From assembly GCA_036394655.1 (NCBI GenBank), contig DASWER010000281.1, positions 1-54,602 of the forward strand: DNA of 54,602 bases. The letters are read 5' to 3'. The notes under the pieces are model-generated. The model was not told the DNA's origin. It was given only the letters and a program-made list of their open reading frames with translations, and did not search any database. Source of the DNA: Burkholderiales bacterium. Its GTDB lineage: Bacteria > Pseudomonadota > Gammaproteobacteria > Burkholderiales > SG8-39. The position numbers and the translations under genes were made by a program. Below, piece by piece: positions 47,759 to 54,602 of the stretch (the first letter of the stretch is position 1; each line of letters begins with the position of its first letter).

Positions 47759-50700
47759 CGGCGCACACGCTGCCAGAGTTTCGCCAGCCGCTTCGCGGAC
47801 ACCGGCACCGGCGTGCGCAGCTCCTGCGCAAAGAGCGAGACCCGCAGCTCCTCGAGCAGCCAGCCGAACTGGTCGAGCTCCGGGCTCACGGCACCGTTGC
47901 GGATGTGGGCGACGAGCTCGCGCCGAAACGGCTGGTCGAGCGCAGCAACCTCCGCGGCGAGGCGCTGGTCGCGCTGCGGATCTGTGCGCAGCTTCTCCAG
48001 GCGCAGCGCTGCCGCCTTGAGATAGCGCGGCAGGTGCTGCAGCCGCTCCCAAGGCGTGCGCGCGAGCCAGCCCGTCGCAAGCAGGCGCGCGATCTGCTGT
48101 TTCACTTCGTCGCTTTCCCGGGGAAATGTCTTCGCCATCCCCGCGAGCTTTTTCTCCAGCGCGGCGCGCTCGGCCTGGATCTGCGCCGCGGAGCGCGCAA
48201 TCTCCTGCGCGATGAGCGTGAAGCGGCTGCGGCCCTCGTCGACACGGCGCGCAAAATCGGCCGGCGTCATCGGCAAGGACTCGGCCAGGAATACCCGCTC
48301 CATCGCCGCGCGGATGACGTCGGCCGCCAACGGCGCGAGCGCGGCATCCTTGGCGAACGCGCGCTCGAGATCGCGCACGCGGTCGCGGAACGCGATCGCG
48401 AGCAACCGCCGCACGCCGCCGGCATGCGCCTCGCGCGCCTTCTCCGGCGATTCGGACACCTGCAAGGTGACCGCGTCGCCGGCGTCGACCAGCGCCGGAT
48501 AGCCCACCAGCGTGTGTCCGCCGCGCGCGATTTCCATGATCTCGGGCAGCTCGCCCATCGTCCAGCCGGTGTAGCGCGTGCCTTCGTCGAGCGGCGCTTC
48601 CTGCTGCAGCACGGCCTTGGCCTCGCCGCCGAGCGCGCGCTTGATCTCGGCAAGGTCACGGTCCATCGCCCGCTGGCGCCCGGTTTCGTCCACCACGCGG
48701 AAATTCATGCGCAGGTGCGGCGGCACCGAGTCCGGACGAAAGGCGTCGAGCGGCACGTCGAGGTTGAACTGCGCACGGATGTAGCGCGCCAGCGCCGTCG
48801 CCAGCGGCGTATCCGAGGGCGCGACGGCGTCGCAGAACGCGGCCACGAATTCGTCGAGCGGCCCGAGCTTGTGCCGCAGGCGCTGCGGAATCGCCTTGGC
48901 GAGCACGCGCAGCTTTTCCTTCAGCAGCCCGGGCACCAGCCATTCGGTGCGCGCCACCGGCACCTGATTCAGCAGCGCCAGCGGCACCGTCAGCGTCACG
49001 CCGTCGCGCGGCGAGCCCGGCTCGAAGTGATACTCGAGGGGAAACCGATTCGGGCCGAGCTCCAGCTGCGGCGGAAAATTCTCGGTCGTGACGCCGGCGG
49101 CCTCATGGCGCATCAGGTCTTCGCGCGAGAGATTCAACAATCGGCGGTGCTCGCGCTCGGCGTGCACGCGCCACTGCTCGAAGGCGCTGGCGGTGTAAAC
49201 GTGCGCGGGAACACGCTGGTCGTAGAAGGCGTGGATCAGCTCCTCGTCGACCAGGATGTCCGGGCGGCGCGACTTGTGCTCGAGCCGCTCGATCTCGGCA
49301 ACCAGGCGGCGGTTGTGCGCGAGAAAGGGCGCTCGCGTCTCGAGTGCGCCGTGCACCAGCGCCTCGCGGATGAAGATCTGGCGCGCGCCCTGCGGGTCGA
49401 GCGGGCCATAGCTCACGCGCCGATTCGCGTAGACGGGCAATCCGTAGAGCGAGCCGCGCTCGAGCGCCATGACCTCGCCGCGGCGCGCGTCCCATTGCGG
49501 GTCATGGCGCTCGCGCCTGATGAGATGGGCGCCGATCTCTTCCAGCCATCTCGGCTCGATCGCCGCCACGGTGCGCGCAAACAGGCGCGTCGTCTCCACC
49601 AGCTCGCCCGCCGCCACCCAGCGGCCCGCCTTCTTTGCCCACGAGCCGGGATGGATCCAGAACTTGATGCCGCGCGCGCCGGTATAGCTATTGCCTTCCT
49701 GTTCGTCGCGCATGCCGACATTGCCCAGCAAGCCTGCGGTCAAAGCGCGGTGGATGGCGCGATAGCCCTCGGGCCGCTCCGGGTTAACGGACGATTCGGG
49801 CCAGTCGAGCTCGCGCAGCGTGCGCGCGAGCTGCGCGGTGACGTCGCGCCATTCGCGCATGCGCGGAACGGACAGGAAGTTCTCCCGGCAGGCCTTTTCC
49901 ATCTTGTGCTCGAACAGCTTGGCCAGGTTCAGGAAGGCGAGAAAATCTGAGCGCTCATGCGCGAAGCGCGCGTGGCGCTCGTCCGCGGCCGCCGCCTTGT
50001 CGAGCGGGCGCTCGCGCGGATCCTGCACCGAGAGCGCGCCGGCGATGAGCATGACCTGGTCGAGGCAGCGCTCCTCGCGCGCCGCGACCAGCATGCGGCC
50101 GATGCGCGGATCGAGCGGCAGCCGCGCCAGCTCTTTTCCAACGTCCGTCAATTCCAGGGAGTCATCGACGGCGCCGAGCTCCACAAGCAGCGCATAGCCG
50201 TCGGCGATGGCGCGCGCACTCGGCGGATCGAGGAACGGGAAATCGGCCACCTCGCCGAGCCCCAGGTTCTTCGCGCGCAGGATCACCGAAGCGAGCGAGG
50301 AGCGCAGCAGCTCCGGGTCGGTGAAGGCCGGGCGCTTGGCGAAGTCGTCCTCGGAGTACAGGCGAATGCAGACGCCATTCGCCACGCGCCCGCAACGCCC
50401 GGCGCGCTGCTTGGCCGCCGCCTGCGAGATCGGCTCGACGCGCAGCATCTCGACCTTGTTGCGGTAGCTGTAGCGCTTGACGCGCGCATCGCCGGTGTCG
50501 ACGACGTAGCGGATGCGCGGCACGGTGAGCGAGGTCTCGGCGACGTTGGTGGCAAGCACCACGCGGCGCGCCCCCGCGGGCTTGAACACCCGGTCCTGCT
50601 CGGCGCTCGTGAGGCGCGCGTACAGCGGCAGCAGCTCTACATTGCGCGGCCCGCGCCGGCGCAGCGTGTCGGCGGCGTCGCGGATCTCGCGCTCACCCGG

Positions 50701-51393
50701 GAGAAACACCAGCACGTCGCCGGGTCCCTCGCGGCAGAGCTCGTCGACCGCCTCGGCGAGCGCGGCTTCCTCCTCGTCGCGCGTGGTGTCCTCGGAGTCG
50801 CCGCCCACCGGCCGGTAGCGCATCTCGACCGGATAGAGGCGGCCGGAAACCTCGATCACCGGCGCGCCGTCGAAGTGGCGCGAGAAGCGCTCGGCGTCGA
50901 TGGTCGCGGAGGTGACCACCACGCGCAGCTCCGGACGCCGCGCGACCAGGCGCTTCATGTAGCCCAGCAGGAAGTCGATGTTCAGGCTGCGCTCGTGCGC
51001 CTCGTCGAGGATGATCGAGTCGTACTCACGCAGCTCGCGGTCGCCCTGCGTCTCGGCGAGCAGGATGCCGTCGGTCATCAGCTTGATGGCGGTGCGGCTG
51101 CCGACCTGGTCGTGGAAGCGCACCTTGCAGCCCACCACGCCACCCAGCTCGGTGCCGAGCTCTTCGGCGATGCGCGCCGCGACCGAGCGAGCAGCGATGC
51201 GCCGCGGCTGGGTATGGCCGATGCGACCGCTTTTGCCACGACCCATCTCGAGCAGCATTTTCGGCAGCTGCGTGGTCTTGCCAGAGCCGGTCTCGCCGCA
51301 GACGATCAGCACCGGGTGGCGTTCGACGGCAGCCTGGATCTCCTCTCGCCGCGCATTGATCGGCAAGCCTTCGTCGAATCGGATGCGGCTCAT
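47755..51393 (-). CDS. hrpA: ATP-dependent RNA helicase HrpA (DEAH-box)
   Basis: The 1212-aa ORF has GETGSGKTTQLP, DEAHERS, SATID and QRAGRCGR motifs, plus a long HA2/OB/C-terminal extension. Confidence 0.95.
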   Translation of the reverse strand: MSRIRFDEGLPINARREEIQAAVERHPVLIVCGETGSGKTTQLPKMLLEMGRGKSGRIGHTQPRRIAARSVAARIAEELGTELGGVVGCKVRFHDQVGSRTAIKLMTDGILLAETQGDRELREYDSIILDEAHERSLNIDFLLGYMKRLVARRPELRVVVTSATIDAERFSRHFDGAPVIEVSGRLYPVEMRYRPVGGDSEDTTRDEEEAALAEAVDELCREGPGDVLVFLPGEREIRDAADTLRRRGPRNVELLPLYARLTSAEQDRVFKPAGARRVVLATNVAETSLTVPRIRYVVDTGDARVKRYSYRNKVEMLRVEPISQAAAKQRAGRCGRVANGVCIRLYSEDDFAKRPAFTDPELLRSSLASVILRAKNLGLGEVADFPFLDPPSARAIADGYALLVELGAVDDSLELTDVGKELARLPLDPRIGRMLVAAREERCLDQVMLIAGALSVQDPRERPLDKAAAADERHARFAHERSDFLAFLNLAKLFEHKMEKACRENFLSVPRMREWRDVTAQLARTLRELDWPESSVNPERPEGYRAIHRALTAGLLGNVGMRDEQEGNSYTGARGIKFWIHPGSWAKKAGRWVAAGELVETTRLFARTVAAIEPRWLEEIGAHLIRRERHDPQWDARRGEVMALERGSLYGLPVYANRRVSYGPLDPQGARQIFIREALVHGALETRAPFLAHNRRLVAEIERLEHKSRRPDILVDEELIHAFYDQRVPAHVYTASAFEQWRVHAEREHRRLLNLSREDLMRHEAAGVTTENFPPQLELGPNRFPLEYHFEPGSPRDGVTLTVPLALLNQVPVARTEWLVPGLLKEKLRVLAKAIPQRLRHKLGPLDEFVAAFCDAVAPSDTPLATALARYIRAQFNLDVPLDAFRPDSVPPHLRMNFRVVDETGRQRAMDRDLAEIKRALGGEAKAVLQQEAPLDEGTRYTGWTMGELPEIMEIARGGHTLVGYPALVDAGDAVTLQVSESPEKAREAHAGGVRRLLAIAFRDRVRDLERAFAKDAALAPLAADVIRAAMERVFLAESLPMTPADFARRVDEGRSRFTLIAQEIARSAAQIQAERAALEKKLAGMAKTFPRESDEVKQQIARLLATGWLARTPWERLQHLPRYLKAAALRLEKLRTDPQRDQRLAAEVAALDQPFRRELVAHIRNGAVSPELDQFGWLLEELRVSLFAQELRTPVPVSAKRLAKLWQRVRR

Positions 51394-51420
51394 CGGCGCG
51401 CATCCTAACCGTCGAACGGC

Positions 51421-51747
51421 TTACCTTTTCTCGTTACACCGCGGATAGGAGCGGTGGCGGTCTACGTATTCCTGCAAGAGCTCGAGCTCGCGCTGCTTTG
51501 GGTCCTGCGACAGCTCCCAGCCGTAATGCGTGGCCTCCTGCGTGCAGGAACCGCGCTCGCCCTTTTGGTGCGCGAGCAGGTCGGCCTTGATGCTGCGGCC
51601 GCGGTCGGGCGCCGAGCCGATGAAGAGCAGGGTGTCGCCGCGCCACAGCACGTAGACCCCGCCCCATTCGTCGGGCGAGTTCTCGATGGCAGCCGGCGTG
51701 AACGGCCACTTCGGGCTCCGCACAGGCATACGGCCGCGCGGATGCAA
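51421..51747 (-). CDS. hypothetical small protein (108 aa from TTG; 102 aa from the ATG at 51729), possible GIY-YIG-like core
   Basis: It ends 27 nt upstream of the hrpA ATG on the same strand. Composition looks like a real protein (W, Y, K, E, Q, C residues). The motif order GVYVL..LLFIGSA..R..E..N resembles GIY-YIG by eye only. It shares motifs with ORF 738..1130. Confidence 0.5.
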   Translation of the reverse strand: MHPRGRMPVRSPKWPFTPAAIENSPDEWGGVYVLWRGDTLLFIGSAPDRGRSIKADLLAHQKGERGSCTQEATHYGWELSQDPKQRELELLQEYVDRHRSYPRCNEKR

Positions 51748-51822
51748 CCGTCGTGCCGCAGCGTCGACGCTGAAAAGCGGCAGTTCGCCGTGTAAGGACG
51801 TCTCAACCTTGTAAGGATGGGG

Positions 51823-52386
51823 CTAGCGCTGGGCGGACAGCAGGCGCTCGACGTAGCGCGCGACGAGATCTACCTCGAGGTTCACCCGACTGTCTGCGGC
51901 GAGGCGCTTGAGCGTGGTGACGCTGAGGGTGTGCGGGATCAGCATGGCATCGAAGACGTCGCCATCGACACCGTTCACGGTGAGGCTAACGCCATCGACA
52001 CAGATCGAGCCTTTACGCGCAACAAAGCGCTCAATCTCGCGCGGCACGCGGATGCGCAGGACGCCGTCGGCAAAACTCAGGACCTCGCCCACCCCGTCGA
52101 CATGGCCGGTGACCAGATGGCCGCCGAGCGGCGCCCCGAGCGCGAGCGATTTCTCGAGGTTCACGCTGCCGCCGGCGCGGTCGAGCCCGGCGGTGACCCT
52201 GCGTGTTTCCGCCGAGACATCAGCGGTGAACCCGCTGTGCGTAAGCGCCGTGACCGTGAGGCAAACCCCCTGGACGCAAATCGAGTCGCCGACGGCGACG
52301 CCGGCCAGATCGAGACCGCCGCAATCGATTTCCAGGGGGGCGAGGCGCACGATCTTGCCCACCGCCTGCACAATCCCCGTGAACAT
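51823..52386 (-). CDS. ribE: riboflavin synthase
   Basis: Starts MFTGIVQAVGKI, with duplicated lumazine-binding repeats (GDSICVQGVCLTV / GSICVDGVSLTV). Confidence 0.92.
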   Translation of the reverse strand: MFTGIVQAVGKIVRLAPLEIDCGGLDLAGVAVGDSICVQGVCLTVTALTHSGFTADVSAETRRVTAGLDRAGGSVNLEKSLALGAPLGGHLVTGHVDGVGEVLSFADGVLRIRVPREIERFVARKGSICVDGVSLTVNGVDGDVFDAMLIPHTLSVTTLKRLAADSRVNLEVDLVARYVERLLSAQR

Positions 52387-52433
52387 TGCGCGGAGGGTAG
52401 CGCAAAAGCGCGGTCTAACCCCGCATCGACCCC

Positions 52434-52805
52434 TTAATGCCCGGCGACGAACCTATGCCAAAGCCTGCCCAGCTCGCGATCCAGCTCGAGCGCCCACGCC
52501 GAGAGCAGCGCGATGAACGTGCCCACCGCGATGGCATTGACCGCGGCGAGGTGATGGCCCTCGAAGCCGAGGACGAAAGGCGAGGCGGCGACCCAGAGTC
52601 CGCCGCCGAGATTCAGCCATTCGGTGCTCAGGTGATCGAAGCTGAAGCCGAAGTGCGCGGTGAGCGCGAGCAGGATGCCGCAGATGGCCGCGTTGGCGGT
52701 GGCGACGTCGTGCGCCGCATAGTCGGCCAGCCAGGGCGAAACGGCGAGCCACAGGCCAAGCGCGAAGCTTGCCCAGTCCTGCCAGCGCTGCGTCTCGGGT
52801 CGCAT
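52434..52805 (-). CDS. SPW repeat membrane protein
   Basis: Two repeats contain the SPW/SPF motif (LWLAVSPWLADY; LWVAASPFVLGF). There are four hydrophobic segments. Confidence 0.75.
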   Translation of the reverse strand: MRPETQRWQDWASFALGLWLAVSPWLADYAAHDVATANAAICGILLALTAHFGFSFDHLSTEWLNLGGGLWVAASPFVLGFEGHHLAAVNAIAVGTFIALLSAWALELDRELGRLWHRFVAGH

Positions 52806-52876
52806 TATGCTTCGACACCTGCAAGCTATCGGCCGTTCGGGCAGAGCTGTAGCGGTTCATCGAGCGCGACGTAGAG

Positions 52877-53782
52877 ATGCCACGACAAGTCGAACTGATC
52901 GGCGCGGCCTGGGGACTGGGCGGTCCCGAGCCGGGCTGTGCGGAAGCGCCGGCGGTACTCATCCCGCTGCTGGTCGAGCAATTGCAGCGCTGCGGCGTGC
53001 CGGTGCGCGCCGGGCCGATCCTTTCTCCCACGTTCACCGAGCGGCGCAAGCAGCTCGCCGTGAGCAAGCTTTGCGGGCTGCTCGCTTCGGCGGTCGCCGA
53101 GTCGCTGCGCCGCGGCCGCCTGCCTTGCGTGCTCGGCGGCGATCACAGCTGTGCCGGCGGTACCTGGACCGGCGTAGCGCGCGCCACCGAGGGCGAGCTC
53201 GGCCTGGTCTGGGTCGACGCGCATATGGACGCCCATACGCCGCGCACCAGCCACACCGGGCGCCTGCATGGCATGCCGCTCGCGTGGCTGCTCGGGCAGG
53301 ACGACGACCCGCTTTACGGCCTCGCCACCGGCGTGATCGACCCGCGCCATGTCGCGCTCATCGGCGTGCGCAGCTTCGAGCCGGAGGAGCGCGAGCGGCT
53401 CGAGCGCCTGGGCGTGCGCGTCATCTATATGGACGAGATCCGCAGCCGCGGCATCGCCGCGGTGCTCGACGAGGCGCTCGCCATCGCCACACGCGGCACC
53501 GCCGCGTTCGGCGTCAGCATCGATCTCGATGTCGTCTCCCCCGATGAGGCGCCGGGCGTGGGCACGCCGGTGCCCGACGGCGTCGCCGGCGCCGAGCTGA
53601 CCAAGGCGCTGGAGCGCATCGGCGGGCGTCCCGACCTCGTCGCAGTCGAGCTGGTGGAGTACAGCCCGCGGCTCGATCCCAGCCGCCGAACCGCGCGCGT
53701 GGCGGTCGAGATCCTGAGAGCCGCGCTATGTGGCGACAGCGGCGGCAGCGGGGCGCGCCAGCAGGCGCAGGTCGTCGCCTAG
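52877..53782 (+). CDS. arginase-family (ureohydrolase) protein
   Basis: Mn-ligand motifs are GGDHS, DAHMDAHT and SIDLDVVSPDEAPGVGTP. Confidence 0.88.
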   Translation: MPRQVELIGAAWGLGGPEPGCAEAPAVLIPLLVEQLQRCGVPVRAGPILSPTFTERRKQLAVSKLCGLLASAVAESLRRGRLPCVLGGDHSCAGGTWTGVARATEGELGLVWVDAHMDAHTPRTSHTGRLHGMPLAWLLGQDDDPLYGLATGVIDPRHVALIGVRSFEPEERERLERLGVRVIYMDEIRSRGIAAVLDEALAIATRGTAAFGVSIDLDVVSPDEAPGVGTPVPDGVAGAELTKALERIGGRPDLVAVELVEYSPRLDPSRRTARVAVEILRAALCGDSGGSGARQQAQVVA

Positions 53783-54602
53783 CCGCTCGAGCGAGACCAC
53801 GCGCAGGCGCAGCCGCTCGCCGAGCGAGCCCGCGAGCGGCAGATCGAGCATGCCCTGCGCCTGGTCGCCCAGAAAGCTCGGGTTGAGGTAGACCAGGAAC
53901 TCGTCGACGCAGCCCTCGCGCACCAGCGAGCCGTTCAGCCGGAAGCCCGCTTCGACCTGCAGCTCGTTCACGCCGCGCTGTGCCAGGACCTCCAGCATGC
54001 GCGGCAGGTCGACCTTGCCTGCCGCATTGGGCAGCGGCACCACTTCGGCACCGGCAAGGTTGCCGGGGTGGGCCGAGAACACCAGGGCCGGCAAGATGCG
54101 CGCTTCGGGCGGCGTCTCCAGGCGGCTGTCGACGATGACGCGCAGCGGCTGGCGCGGCGTGTCGACATCGCGCACCGTGAGCTGCGGATTATCGGCGCGC
54201 ACCGTACCGATGCCGGTCAGGATCGCGCTCGCCCGCGCGCGCCAGCGGTGCCCGTCGCGGCGCGCCTCCGGCCCCGTGATCCATTGCGAGCGCCCGTCGG
54301 GGAGTGCAGTGCGCCCGTCGAGCGTGGCCGCGACTTTCAGGCGCACCCACGGCCGTCCGCGCGTCACGCGCGAGATGAAGCCGATGTTGAGCTCGCGCGC
54401 CTCGTCTTCCAGCAGCCCGTGCTCGAATCGGATGCCCGCGGCGGCCAGGCGCTCGGCGCCTCCAGCGGCCTGCGAATTCGGATCGCGCATCGCTGCCACC
54501 ACACGCGCCACTTTTGCGCCCAGCAGGAGATCGACGCACGGCGGCGTGCGGCCATGGTGATTGCACGGCTCGAGGTTGACGTACAGCGTCGCGCCTTCTG
54601 CA
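53726..54602 (-). CDS. ribD: bifunctional riboflavin biosynthesis deaminase/reductase RibD, 5'-partial at the window edge
   Basis: The reverse translation continues upstream of the track start: ..EGATLYVNLEPCNHHGRTPPCVDLLLGAKVARVVAAMRDPNSQAAGG (end of the deaminase zinc motif). The reductase domain follows (WVRLKVAATLDGRTA). Confidence 0.9.
   Translation of the reverse strand, partial: AEGATLYVNLEPCNHHGRTPPCVDLLLGAKVARVVAAMRDPNSQAAGGAERLAAAGIRFEHGLLEDEARELNIGFISRVTRGRPWVRLKVAATLDGRTALPDGRSQWITGPEARRDGHRWRARASAILTGIGTVRADNPQLTVRDVDTPRQPLRVIVDSRLETPPEARILPALVFSAHPGNLAGAEVVPLPNAAGKVDLPRMLEVLAQRGVNELQVEAGFRLNGSLVREGCVDEFLVYLNPSFLGDQAQGMLDLPLAGSLGERLRLRVVSLERLGDDLRLLARPAAAAVAT

Overview
This is a high-GC (about 70% on spot counts) proteobacterial chromosomal segment. 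The gene order looks betaproteobacterial (ispB/rplU-rpmA-obg-proB, surE-pcm-nlpD, tamAB, nrdAB preceded by NrdR boxes); that assignment is inference. I call 53 CDS and one tRNA-Pro(CGG). There is no rRNA, CRISPR array, transposase or integrase. Most of the window is tightly packed housekeeping DNA, and many adjacent genes overlap start on stop by 1-4 nt (ATGA, GTGA, TTGA, TGATG).

I did not find a clear-cut new multi-gene system such as a defence island. The observations most worth follow-up are:
- A 23-bp inverted-repeat family occurs four times. One pair forms an 88-bp palindromic element between an SOS-box helicase and gshA. The other pair brackets a 2.4-kb low-GC cassette carrying a lone HlyB-type type I secretion ABC exporter.
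- The phasin gene ends on an in-phase A_AAA_AAA slippery heptamer, and its -1 frame continues into a lysine-rich, PhaF/histone-like tail that stops just before the terminator.
- Two small ORFs share ordered motifs. One sits between nrdA and nrdB, the other directly upstream of hrpA.
- An accessory patch at 28.8-32.9 kb holds a possible STAS-like ORF, a partnerless HicB-like ORF, a secreted hydrolase with a Cys-rich domain, and a LexA-box UvrD-like helicase.
- tamB has no canonical start codon.

The many long antisense ORFs in the track are GC artefacts.
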